A stretch of DNA of 64,000 bases from a virus: the IMG/VR virus record IMGVR_UViG_3300030106_005509, positions 1 to 64,000 of that record. The stretch is one strand, 5' to 3'. Position numbers and translations under genes: made by a program. The notes beneath the pieces are model-generated. The model worked only from the letters and a program-made list of their open reading frames with translations, made no database searches and was not told the origin of the DNA. Position 1 is the first letter of the stretch; each line of letters begins with the position of its first letter. Shown one piece after another: positions 28,281 to 39,500 of the stretch.

Positions 28281-28961
28281 ATGGCGAAGTCCAAAGCAAG
28301 CCTAGTAGTAAAAACATCTAGAGCTTCTCAGAGAAGGTATATTGCAAAAAGCCTAGCTGACCAAGCAAATAAAGCTTTTAAAAGGTCGGCTAGGTCTTCT
28401 TTGCTTGCTGTGAGCAACGTTGTTTTCGCCGCCGTTCTTTACTCTGAAGAAATGCAGAGCTTAAAGTCTGGTTTACTAAAAGCTGAGCTTGGGCTAACAG
28501 ATGGAATAGCTAACTCTGCACCAAACGCAATAGCCTCCATAGTGGCAGACCAAGTAGAGTTAAAACCTAAAAGAGTGAGTGTTGCCGGAAATAGCTTGAG
28601 AGGCGGCATGGAACTGAACATCATGCCTACAACAGCTTACTCTCAAATACTAGGAATACCACAAGGATCATACACATACTACTCAGTAAGATATAAAAAA
28701 GCTGTAACAATAAACTGGCTTGAATGGCTGCTAGCAAAAGGCGACTCAATACTCGTAGCTAATTTCGACTTTGTTAGTAGTTCAAAGGGAAGAAGCGGCA
28801 TGGGTACTATGCAAAAAGATGCTGGTAGTTGGAATGTTCCTAGTAACTATTCTGGTACATACACAGATAATTTTATAACTAGAGCGTTGGAATCTAAAGG
28901 TGTTCAGTCAGAAATAACAAATATCATAGAAAACAATGTGATTAGGTACTGGGGAATATAA
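28281..28961 (+). CDS. putative neck/tail-completion protein
   Basis: Basic 226-aa protein, WLEWLL...DNFITRA; position before the tail terminator. Confidence 0.5.
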   Translation: MAKSKASLVVKTSRASQRRYIAKSLADQANKAFKRSARSSLLAVSNVVFAAVLYSEEMQSLKSGLLKAELGLTDGIANSAPNAIASIVADQVELKPKRVSVAGNSLRGGMELNIMPTTAYSQILGIPQGSYTYYSVRYKKAVTINWLEWLLAKGDSILVANFDFVSSSKGRSGMGTMQKDAGSWNVPSNYSGTYTDNFITRALESKGVQSEITNIIENNVIRYWGI

Positions 28962-28962
28962 A

Positions 28963-29976
28963 ATGGCCAAAGATTACCTAAACTTAAATAAGGTAGACAA
29001 CGCTGGCGATAGCACAGTAAGCTCCTTAATAAAAGACAATACAATAGAATTTTTTGACTGGGCCATCATCAATGGTGGTGGTTTTTTCAATGTTAATATT
29101 CCTACATCTGGACACTACGGCGGAGACAAACACAAGCTTAGACTTGTAGATGATCCTCGTTACAACAGTGGTCAAGTGTGGGAGGGTTTTAGATCTAATT
29201 GGGTTTGGCAGAGCGGTCTTGAATGTGAAACACAACCATTAGTCACAAACAAATGGCATAATCCGGGAATATCTGGAGTGTTTGTTAATGGTAGTTTTTA
29301 TGCTTCAGGAGATTCTACTTATGGACATCATATAGATTATCCTAGGGGTAGAGTGGTGTTTGATAGTGCTATAAGTACTACATCATCTATCACTGCTGAA
29401 TTTAGTTATAAGTGGGTAAATGTTGTACCCGCAGATAAGGAATTTTTTAGGGAAGTTCAGTATAGGTCGCAAAGAGCAGACGGCGACTTTACTTACACAG
29501 GATCTGGAGATTATTCTCAGCTTGCTGATAATAGACTTCAATTACCAGCGATAGCTGTGGATGTTACAAAAAGAAGAAATTTGGAACCATATGCTTTGGG
29601 CGCATTGACACACTATATCAACACTGATGTGGTTTTTCATGTGCTTGCGGAGGACTCGTACACTAGAGACAAACTTGTAGACATGGTTTCTTTGCAAGAA
29701 GAAAAAGTTGTTTATATGTTCGATAGTGATCGTATAGGTAGAAATGATGCATTTCCTTTAGATTATAGGGGTCAGGTAAGACCTAGTGGTCTTTCTTACC
29801 CAGATTTAATTAAGCCTAGTGGTCATAGCGGAGAATCTCTAGAGAAAAAAGGATACAGATGGGAGTATTCGGATGGAAAAATGACGTTTAGAGACGCCAG
29901 AATACAGGAAGGCAGCGAGATAAATCCTAACTTATACCACGGTGTAGTTAGACTCAATGCGGAAGTAATAAAGTAA
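28963..29976 (+). CDS. putative tail terminator/neck protein
   Basis: IDYPRGRVVFD and QLPAIAV motifs; immediately upstream of the tail tube gene. Confidence 0.55.
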   Translation: MAKDYLNLNKVDNAGDSTVSSLIKDNTIEFFDWAIINGGGFFNVNIPTSGHYGGDKHKLRLVDDPRYNSGQVWEGFRSNWVWQSGLECETQPLVTNKWHNPGISGVFVNGSFYASGDSTYGHHIDYPRGRVVFDSAISTTSSITAEFSYKWVNVVPADKEFFREVQYRSQRADGDFTYTGSGDYSQLADNRLQLPAIAVDVTKRRNLEPYALGALTHYINTDVVFHVLAEDSYTRDKLVDMVSLQEEKVVYMFDSDRIGRNDAFPLDYRGQVRPSGLSYPDLIKPSGHSGESLEKKGYRWEYSDGKMTFRDARIQEGSEINPNLYHGVVRLNAEVIK

Positions 29977-29993
29977 ATAAAAGCACCCAAATG

Positions 29994-30002
29994 GTGTATA
30001 AT
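29994..30002 (+). promoter_or_regulatory. putative late promoter GTGTATAAT
   Basis: Exact motif ahead of the major tail protein. Confidence 0.75.
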
Positions 30003-30042
30003 AAATTGGTAGAATATAACCCTAAATTTAGGAGAGTATAAA

Positions 30043-30966
30043 ATGGCAACAAGAGTCTATTGGGCAATTTCAGCATTAGGTGTTGCTCCAGATGGTTCCA
30101 CCTCTGCTACTCAATCTGAATTCGTTTCAGGTATCCAGAGTGTTGGTATTACAACGACTTTTAATCTAGAGCAGGTTTTCCAACTTGGTCAACTTTCTCT
30201 GTATCAAGACGTTGAAGAAGTGCCTGACGTAGAAGTTACTGTTGAAAGAGTACTGGACGGTTTCGACTGTATGTACACAAGAGTAATGGGTACAGGTACT
30301 ATATCTGAGAATCAAGACGTAAAGAAAGACATCTATTTTAACGTTTATAGTGATGCTAATAACGAAGTTGGCGACGGAAACCCAGAAGCTGGTGTACACT
30401 GTTCTGGTATGTACTGTTCTTCAGCTACTTTCACATTCCCCTCTGATGGTAACTTGACAGAGTCTATTTCTCTGGTAGGTAACCATGCGACTTGGAGCAG
30501 TTCCGCACAAATCGGTGATGCACCTTCAACAGCTATGAGTGGGTCTGTCAAACGTAGACAGAACGTTACAAATATCAGTGCAATTAGAAGTGCCTTGTCT
30601 GAACTTGCTTCCGACGCTCAAATTACTAACATTACAGTTAGTGTTGACTTTGGTCGTGAACAAATTAACGTGCTTGGACAGAAGCTTCCATATCACAGAT
30701 ATGTTACATACCCTGTGGAAGTTACCTGTGAAGTTGAAACTCTTGCTAGAGGTAGTGCTAATGTTAGTGCTGCTCCAGAGCAAGATAACACAACTGAGCA
30801 AAGCATCGAGATTATAGCTGGTGGACATACATTTAATCTTGGAAGCAAGAATAAATTACAGTCTTACACCTACGGAGGTGGTTCAACAGGTGGTGAAAAC
30901 GCCACAATTACCTACTCTTATCGTAACTTTAATGACTTAACAGTCACTGAAGTAGCAAGCGGCTAG
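30043..30966 (+). CDS. major tail (tube) protein
   Basis: 307-aa beta-rich acidic protein with its own promoter motif, AGGAG RBS, biased codons and a downstream hairpin; upstream of chaperones and TMP. Confidence 0.7.
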   Translation: MATRVYWAISALGVAPDGSTSATQSEFVSGIQSVGITTTFNLEQVFQLGQLSLYQDVEEVPDVEVTVERVLDGFDCMYTRVMGTGTISENQDVKKDIYFNVYSDANNEVGDGNPEAGVHCSGMYCSSATFTFPSDGNLTESISLVGNHATWSSSAQIGDAPSTAMSGSVKRRQNVTNISAIRSALSELASDAQITNITVSVDFGREQINVLGQKLPYHRYVTYPVEVTCEVETLARGSANVSAAPEQDNTTEQSIEIIAGGHTFNLGSKNKLQSYTYGGGSTGGENATITYSYRNFNDLTVTEVASG

Positions 30967-30993
30967 TGTAGAATTAAAATTGATTGACACTAT

Positions 30994-31021
30994 AGGGTGC
31001 GGCGAAAGCCGCGCCCTTCTT
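30994..31021 (+). terminator. GC-rich GAAA-tetraloop hairpin (terminator-like, weak U tract)
   Basis: AGGGTGCGGC-GAAA-GCCGCGCCCT then TCTT. Confidence 0.65.
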
Positions 31022-31100
31022 GTCAGTACGAATTGCTGCGATAGCCATATTTTTACATATAGGATAGTTTTTTGGCAAGTAGTCGTACTGACCTTTTTTT
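31022..31100 (+). other. long stem-loop with T tract (second terminator or structured RNA element)
   Basis: GTCAGTACGA (31022-31031) pairs perfectly with TCGTACTGAC (31083-31092), with inner TTGC/GCAA pairing, followed by T7. Confidence 0.6.
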
Positions 31101-31109
31101 AGGAATAAA

Positions 31110-32135
31110 ATGGACAGCTATGAAAAACAACTTTTGGTGGCTAGGATAAAATGCGGTTATTACATTTATAAAGATAAGAACATCACTTTAAAAATAACAC
31201 CGCCCACAAAAGAACAGCAGTATGAGTCACTAATTGTTTATAAGCAAGCTTACGAAGATGCTTTAAAAGACGGAAACATGGTAAAGTCTGAAGTCCTTGA
31301 GATGTTAGAATCTCAGAGTCTTTGGGACGATGAACATGAAGAGCTTCTTGAAGACTTGTCCAAAGAAGAAGAAAACTTAAAGAAAGAGTTGTTTAAGAAC
31401 TTCTTTAAAGATTCCGAAAAAAGAGATATAAAATTTAATCTTAGCAAAGTTAAAAAAGCTCAGACCAAACTTAGGTCTATTAGACATTCATATGACTTTT
31501 TAACTTGTGAAGGTATAGCGACATACGCGAAAGCAATTTGGATAGTAGAAAATACCACTACTTATCTAGACAACAAAAAATACAAATTTTTAGAAGTACC
31601 TGTCACGGAAGTTCTAAAAAAATTTAATCAAGACAGTATAACTGACGAAGAATTTAGAGAGTTAGCAAGGACTTCTCCTTGGAGAAATACTTGGAATTGC
31701 AATAACAGTTGTGCATATGTTTTTTCAGAGTCGGTCTCTGATTTAACACCAAACCAGATGGCTTTGATAAGCTACTCTGTTATGTATGACAACATATATC
31801 AGTCGCAGGAATGTCCACCAGACGAGGTGGTAGAAGACAACGACGCTATTGATGGATGGTTGATTATACAAAGAGAAAAAAGAGGCAAAAAACAAAAAGA
31901 AAGCCTGCTTGAAAACTTGCACAAAAAACATGAAAGTGCAAAAGACATTTTTGTTATGGCAGAAAATAGAGAAGATGCAGACAGGATAAGTGAACTTAAT
32001 GGAGATATTGGCAAACATATAAGAGCCAGTAGACTAGTTAAACTTAAGAAAGAAGGGACTGTAGCTCACCATGCATTTTCTGACATACAAGCGGATCTTA
32101 AAGGGCAATTAATGGAAGCAGGTGCAGAATTTTAG
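31110..32135 (+). CDS. putative tail assembly chaperone
   Basis: Helical, charged 341-aa protein between tail tube and TMP. Confidence 0.5.
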   Translation: MDSYEKQLLVARIKCGYYIYKDKNITLKITPPTKEQQYESLIVYKQAYEDALKDGNMVKSEVLEMLESQSLWDDEHEELLEDLSKEEENLKKELFKNFFKDSEKRDIKFNLSKVKKAQTKLRSIRHSYDFLTCEGIATYAKAIWIVENTTTYLDNKKYKFLEVPVTEVLKKFNQDSITDEEFRELARTSPWRNTWNCNNSCAYVFSESVSDLTPNQMALISYSVMYDNIYQSQECPPDEVVEDNDAIDGWLIIQREKRGKKQKESLLENLHKKHESAKDIFVMAENREDADRISELNGDIGKHIRASRLVKLKKEGTVAHHAFSDIQADLKGQLMEAGAEF

Positions 32136-32144
32136 GAGAGAAAA

Positions 32145-32546
32145 ATGGATGATTCTTATAACGAATTAGTTAGAAAATCTCAAAGTTACAAAGAAAACAG
32201 AGATACAAAATATAAACAAGTTTCTAAGGAAAGATTGCTAAAGATATCGCAAAAGAAAATACAAACAACTATGATTGGTGCTTTAAGCACAATTGAAAAG
32301 TACTTTGGTTTTCTTTGGGGTCATGAGACTTCCGATGGTGAATTAACACCAGAGCAGAGCCACATGAAGCAGCAGTTTGAAGAGGTTAGGGCCGAAATAT
32401 TAGATAGAGGCAATAATCAGATTAGAAACTTAGAAGCTGAATTTGTTAATTATGATATTAGCTGGTTAAGATATCAAATGAAATTACCGGTAAAGCCAGT
32501 TAATTTGGACCATGAAAATCAAGGAGATGAAGATGGCAAAGAGTAG
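32145..32546 (+). CDS. hypothetical protein (tail assembly region)
   Basis: AGGAG RBS, 133 aa. Confidence 0.7.
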   Translation: MDDSYNELVRKSQSYKENRDTKYKQVSKERLLKISQKKIQTTMIGALSTIEKYFGFLWGHETSDGELTPEQSHMKQQFEEVRAEILDRGNNQIRNLEAEFVNYDISWLRYQMKLPVKPVNLDHENQGDEDGKE

Positions 32547-33489
32547 GAACAAAATTGAATCTAATGACGCAGATGGAAATAAGAAGGTCTTATACCTCAT
32601 TGATCCTGATGCAAAAATTAATAAGGAAGCACAGCTTGCTTACAACAGAGCTTTTAGAGACGCGCTACAATCTGGTGCTATTTTAAGACAAAAGCTTGAT
32701 GACGTTCTCAGAGATCAAGAAATCTGGGACGATAAGAAGCAAGAACGATACAACCAAATTTTGAAAACCTTAAATGATAATGAAAAGGCTATCAAAAAAG
32801 GCGGTATTAAACTTTCTGAAGCTAAGGATATAGCTGAAGAGATGGCTGTTGTTAGAGCAGAATTTAGAGCTTTGATCGCTGAGAGAAGTTCTATGGATGG
32901 CAACACAGCTGAGGGACAGGCAGACAACGCAAGATTCAATTTCCTTGTCTATGCTTGCACCAAAGACCTTAAGAATCAACCAGTATTTTCTAGTGTAGAC
33001 GAATACGAAGAAAATGCAACTGAGCCATACGCTCTTGAAGCAGCAAAACAGCTTGCAGAGAAAATGTACGGCTTGGACGCAAACTACGAAAACACACTTC
33101 CTGAAAATGAATTCTTAATCAATTATGGTTTTGTAAACGACAACCTTCAATACATTGATAGCGAAGGCAAATTAATCACGGCTGACGGACAGCACGTAAG
33201 TGAAGACGGCAGACTGATTGAGTGGCAAGAAGATGGGTCATTCATATATATAGATGGCGACGGAAATAAACTAACCGAAGATGGGGAATACGATGTTGAA
33301 TTTTCTCCGTTTTTGGACGACGAAGGAGAGCCTGTAGAGAAGGCTGTTTCTGAATCGGAAGAAGTCTCTGAAGAAGCTTCAGAAGAAGCATCTGACGAAA
33401 CTGAGGAAGCTGAGGAGTCTAAAGAAAAGGAACCTGCCCCAAAGAGAGGCAGAAGATCTAAAAAGACAACTGTAAACAGCAACGAATAG
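32533..33489 (+). CDS. putative tail assembly chaperone with acidic tail
   Basis: AAGGAG RBS then ATG 32533; immediately upstream of TMP. Confidence 0.55.
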   Translation: MAKSRNKIESNDADGNKKVLYLIDPDAKINKEAQLAYNRAFRDALQSGAILRQKLDDVLRDQEIWDDKKQERYNQILKTLNDNEKAIKKGGIKLSEAKDIAEEMAVVRAEFRALIAERSSMDGNTAEGQADNARFNFLVYACTKDLKNQPVFSSVDEYEENATEPYALEAAKQLAEKMYGLDANYENTLPENEFLINYGFVNDNLQYIDSEGKLITADGQHVSEDGRLIEWQEDGSFIYIDGDGNKLTEDGEYDVEFSPFLDDEGEPVEKAVSESEEVSEEASEEASDETEEAEESKEKEPAPKRGRRSKKTTVNSNE

Positions 33490-33500
33490 TAAACGGAAAG

Positions 33501-33548
33501 TAGACGCGACGATAAACACAACTGTCTATCGGTGCGTCTATTTTTTTT
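33501..33548 (+). terminator. intrinsic terminator directly upstream of the TMP gene
   Basis: TAGACGC...CGATA...TATCG...GCGTCTA hairpin followed by T8. Confidence 0.75.
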
Positions 33549-33559
33549 GAGAGGTAGAT

Positions 33560-36500
33560 ATGGCTAAACCGTTTGTATTAACAACACAACTACAGATACA
33601 GATACCAAACCTTAACCAAGTTGTCAGTCAGCTTAACAAGGGGTTAGGTAATGTAAATGTTCCTGTTAATATTAATATACCTAAAAATGCCAACACTCAG
33701 CTTACTAATTTAAACAAAAACGTCAAGAACGCTGGAGCCTCTGCTCGCGGTGCAGCAAAAAACTTTGACTCCATGAGAAACTCTCTTAGGGGTGCGCTTA
33801 CTTATATAGCTAAGTACGACGCCGCTAGAGAGATTTTCAATCTATTTGCACAAACACTTAGAGATGGTGTTTCTTCTGCAATAGCTTTTGAAAAAGAAAT
33901 GGTTAAGGTCAGTCAAGTTACTGGTCAAACCATGAAACAATTAAGGGGTTTGGAGCGAGAGATAACCAGAGTTTCTACAGGCTTTGGGGTCTCTTCAGGA
34001 TCTTTAATTAAAACCTCTAGGGTATTAGCTCAGACTGGTATGTCTGCTAGAGATGCTAGGATAGCTCTTGAAGCCCTCGCTAAAACAACTCTGGCCGCTA
34101 CGTTTGACGATATTACATCTACCACAGAAACCGCCATTGCTGCAATGAGGCAGTTTGGTATAGCCTCGACAGACTTAGAAAAGACGCTTGGTAAAATTAA
34201 CTCCTTAGCAGCTAACTTTGCTGTTGAGGCTGGTGATATCGGCGTAGCCATCAGGCGTGCTGGTGGTGCGTTCAAAGCTGCCGGTGGAAGTCTTGATGAA
34301 CTTAATGCTCTCTTCACCGCTGTTCGTTCTACCACTCGTGAAACAGCGGAAACTATTGCTACTGGTTTTAGAACTATCTTTACCAGAATACAAAGACCAA
34401 AAACTATACAGTTCTTAAAACAGTTAGGTATAGAACTGCAAAATGTAGAAGGTCAGTTCGTAGGACCGTTTGAGGCTGTAAGAAAATTAAATATAGCTCT
34501 TAAAAGTCTAGACCCCAAAGACGTTAGATACTCACAGATCATTGAACAGCTTGGTGGTTTCAGGCAGGTCTCTAAAGTTATACCACTTATTCAACAATTT
34601 GGTCAGGCACAGAAAGCCCTAAATGTATCTCAGCAAGGTGGTACTAGTCTTGCTAGAGACGCTGCAAAAGCACAACAGAGTCTTGCAGTCCAGTTGACAA
34701 AGGTCAAAGAAGAATACATGGCTCTGTTTAGAGAGATATTTGGCGGTCAAGGAATGCAAACCGTCATAAAGACCACGCTTAAACTAGCCTCCGCTTTCGC
34801 TAGAGTTGTAGATTCTCTTTCTCCTATAATACCTCTTATTGCAACTATAGGTGCTGCCAAGTTAGGTCAGTTTGCTCTCTTTGGAAGTCTTGGCAGAGGT
34901 AGAAAACAGGGAGGTAGAATAAATAGGTTTGCTACTGGTGGTATGGTTCCCGGAAAAGGAAATAGCGATAGCGTTCCTGCCATGCTTACTCCCGGAGAGT
35001 TTGTAATACGTAAAAGTTCTGTAAGAACAATTGGCGCCAACCGTTTGCAAAAGATGAACAGATACGGTAACGGCGGAACTGTAGAAAGAGGTCAAGTACA
35101 ACGAGTCGCCAACAGAAAAGCTTCTCTAAAAAATAAATATGATATTGGCGAAGGTGGTATTCACGATAAATACAGAGCCAAATTGACAATTAAAACTTTC
35201 GACCCCAATGATAAAGAGGTGGGTCGCAAAGCTATTGAAGCCGAAGCAAAAGAAGCAAAAGCATATGGTCAAAAAAGATATCAAGCCCTTCTTAAAACCA
35301 GTGGGGATGAAAAGAGGTCTGCGATAAGAGCTGGTGCTTTGATGCGGAAAAGATTTGGTCTTTCAGGATTCATAGGTAAAAGGACAAGTGGTCAATCTAA
35401 ATTTTTTACGTCTAAAACTCCAAGACAATCACAAGGTGTTACGAACAACCTCGTGGGAGGAATCCATGAAAGAAATGTAAGTGGATGGGCAAAGAAAAAT
35501 TACAAGAGCGCAAGAGTTGGTAAGCTTCCAGACGCAGACGGAATGGATTTTAGAGTTGGTAACAGCGGCGTTCTCATCGAAGCGAAGAGCCTAAAGAGAA
35601 AATTAAATAGAGACGAGATCATAGCAAAAGGTTTACTCGCTAAAGCCGTCAGTAAAAACTATCAAGACAAAGTTTCGCAAGATGTTAATTTAAAAGAACT
35701 TGTATATGCTGAAGCGCCAGCGAGCCTGAAAAAATCTGGGTTTACCAAGAGGAATAGAGGAGGAGGCATATCATCAACAGATACAGTTCCCGCACTCCTT
35801 ACTCCCGGCGAATTCGTAATCAATAGAAAGTCCGCAGCTAAGATTGGTTACGGCAACCTTAACAATGCAAATAGATTTGGTAAAACACCTAAAGGATTTG
35901 CTGCTGGTGGAATAGTAGGCGTACAGAAATTCAATAACGGTGGAGAAGCAAGAAGTCCCCGTCTTGGTTTAGGCGTTTTTGTTGCACTACAAACAATATT
36001 GCCACAGTTAGCAGAAGCTTTTAAATCAGCCGATGGAGAAGTTACCGATCTTTCTATGGGGCTTGACGCGGCAAGCCAAGGCTTGATGACATTTGCTACA
36101 TTGAGCTTTGCTACTGGTGATTTGCTAGAAGGTTTTGGTGGCAAAGTAAAGTTTGCTGCAACAGGCTTATTGGCTGTAGGGGCAGCTGCATTTGCTGCTT
36201 ATCAGTATGAAAAACAAAGAGGGATGGAGAGAGAGAAGCGTGCTGTTAAAAACCTTGAAGAAGGAGGTTTTCAATCTGAAACGCGAACAGCAGGTCTTAG
36301 GCGTCAATTCATAGACGCTAGGAGGCAACAAACTGAGGGTGCTGGCGGAGCTGCTGGTCGTGTAGCTGGAGCTGCTGGTGGCGCTTATGCTGGAATGAAA
36401 GCTGGAGCATTAATAGGAGGATTGACTCCAGCTGGCCCAGTTGGTGCTTTGGTTGGAGGTATACTTGGAGCTATAGGAGGAGGTATCGCTGGATATTTTG

Positions 36501-39500
36501 GTGGCGGTGCTATTGGAGAAGCAATAGGAAAATTAAACTTTGATGAAGCTGGAGCTATAAGAGAGTTTAATGAAAAAGTTAAGTCGTTAAAACTTGGCGT
36601 GTCGATAGACGGGTTAACAAACTCCTTAAAAGCTTTTTCTGAAGGAAGAGCTTCTATTGGCGCTATAGCCTCTACTGTTAGAAGCGGTATAAAAAGTCTA
36701 CAAAGAGGCTTCTTTGATGTTAGCACCGAAGAAGGTCTTGAGCGATTTAGAGGCCAACTACAAAAAACTTTACCAGCACTTTCCGAGTATATAAACAAAG
36801 CTGCATCTTCTGCAAAAAGCATGGCTGAGTTTGATGCGATCATAGGTGACGAGGCTTTAAATGCATTCTCGCAACTTAGCGGACAAAGCATTCCAGAGTT
36901 AAGAAGACAAATACAAGAAAATATAGCGCAAAGAAAGAAAAGCGCCGCTGCTCAAAAAGCAAACATAGCAGCAATTCAAGCATCAAACAAAGTCCTCTAC
37001 AGAGCAAGAGATGCTGGTACTGCATTTATGGAACTAGAAAGAAGACTTGTTTCCTTCGACAATGTAATGTCTGGTGTTGAAGCTTCTATAAACAACACCT
37101 TCTCTGGGCTTTCGATTGGCAAGATCGCTCCCAACTTTGATGACATAACTAACATATTTGATATGTCTGCCTTTACTGCTCAGGTAGATAGCCTATCAGG
37201 TGTACTTGGAGAGTCGGGACAATCTTTGGGTCAAGACCTCAAAAACTTTGCCGCCCTTAACTCTCTTCTTCCTAACATATTAACAGAAGCCGCTGGAGAA
37301 ATTGGAATTGGTGGCGCTAGAGCTTCTGAAATTATAGAGTCTAAATTAATGGCTGCTGATCCGGGAGGGATTATAGGCGCTGAGTTTAGAAGGGTTATTG
37401 CACAAAGAGTTCAGGCCATTGCCGAGATGGGTGAAGGTGGCGAAGGTAAGTTTGCTAATAGAATAAGAACAGATATTGAAGGTGTTGTAAGAGACCTCAC
37501 TAAAGGCATGTCTGAAACTGCTGAAGCTTTCCAAAAAGCTGCTCAGTTTATAGATAGTGCAAATCAAAGATTAGCTAAGGCGTACAACTTAAGAACTCAA
37601 CTTGAGTTAAAACAAGCTAGACAGCTTTATGACATTATAGGTCTTCAGGCTGAAAACGCTGAAAGAATGTCAAAGGCCAGACGCCAACCAGTCAATGCTG
37701 ATGCTGATTTAAATACGTTTAATAACCAACAAAACGCAATCTTAAGCGGAACTGCCATAAGCGGCTTGGGTTCAAGCGTAACTATAGTTTCAAACGAATT
37801 TAACAGGCTAAAGCAAAGAATAAAAGAAAGTGATGCTGCACTTGCAAATCTCGGAATTGCAGCAGATTCTAGTGGTGACCTGTTAGAAAACAATAGAGCT
37901 TTAATTGACGAAAACGCAGCTCTAAAATCGCAATTTGAAAAAACAAAACAAGTTCTTGAGAACTATGCTAACGTACAAGCTAGAGTAGCAAAAGTTCAAG
38001 AAGAAATTGCAAATGCTCAAGCCAGACAAGATAAAGCAAAAGCTGTAGCTGAAAATATAGCCTTTGGTACAGATCAAGAAAGACTAAAAATCTTTAGAAG
38101 CTTTAAAGCCGCAGAAATTGTGGCTTCTAGAGGTCTAGCAGCCTTACCTCAACAATTTAGAGGCGATGCTAGGAACATGTTATCACAGTTTGCTGATGCT
38201 CCAATATTTGGAGGGAAAACAGGTCAGCAGATACTAGACCGAGAAACCGCCAATCTGTTTAAGCATTTTCCACCTAATATAAGAAAAGCTTTAATGGCGG
38301 AGTTTGCAGACGCAAGAACAGATGAGCAGAAGTTCTTAGATAGGCTAGACAAGATTCAGCAAGACGCTGTAAAAGCTCAATTTGCTTTCCTTGAGGGTAT
38401 GCGTGGGGATAGCAAAGACCTAAAAGAAACCATAGCAAAGCTCAACGCAACTCTTGCAAATGACTTAAGGACTATATTCCAACAACAAGAAAATAGAGCT
38501 TTGGCAAGAGAGGTGTCTGAGAGCAAAGGCACGCTAGCTAACTCTAAAGCCCAGCTTGAAAAGTTAAAAGAAATAAGAAGTGCTGGAATACCCGTTCAAG
38601 ACCCGGCTGTTTTAAACGCTGTTAGAAGCAATGTAGCTGGCATAAAAGCTCTCAAAGACGCTAGACAAAATCTTGCTAGGTTTACGGGAGCGCAGGAATT
38701 TGGTATCAATCTTAGAAGCCAAGAGAATAGATTTACAGGCTTTGCTGCGGCTGATTCAGGCAGAGACAATCTAAAAGCCATAAAAGTGTTAGGCGCACAA
38801 CTTAGACAGCAGTTTGGCGCAGATGTTGGAAACCAATTACTACAAAAAGCAATTGATGCTCTTGCTCAATTTAGGGTAGAGAACCCAGAGGCGACAGGCG
38901 CAGAAATAGCTAAGGTCATCGGAGACACGATTAGTGGCGCTGGACTATCGGGTGCTAGTAGCGCACAAGGCATTATTGATGAAACAATGGCAAATCTTAA
39001 TGCTGCTGGTCTTGGGCCATATGTAGATACATTGGTTAACAATGTAGACATGATATCTACAGCCTTGGCAGCATTTCCAAGTGAAGCAAGTTGGTCTTCA
39101 TTAGAAGAGTCTATAATAAGAACCACAACCACTATAAACAACGCAAACGCTGCTATTGCTGCTAATAGTCCGGCGGGAGCTGTTAAGCTGGCGTCAGGTG
39201 GAAGTATATTTTCTCCACACGGAACAGACACCGTCCCTGCTATGTTAACACCCGGCGAATTTGTCGTTAACAGAAAAGCTGCTCAAAGAAACATGGGTGC
39301 GCTGTCGGCTCTTAATAGTGGAAAAACCCAATACTTAGCTGGTGGTGGTAAAGTTGGTGATTACTTTGGAACCCAAGCCGTCAGAGAGGATGGCAAAAAA
39401 GTAGAAGATGTATGGGGGTCTCACAATAAAGCTGCTGAGGCAATTGCGTCGTGGTATAAAAAACAGACTTCAAGCAGTGGTGCAGGTTCTGTATTTGACT

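Noticed and set aside
31110-33489. Programmed -1 frameshift between tail assembly chaperones (lambda G/GT type)
   Set aside because: Each of the three ORFs has its own RBS, and I found no convincing slippery heptamer at a gene junction
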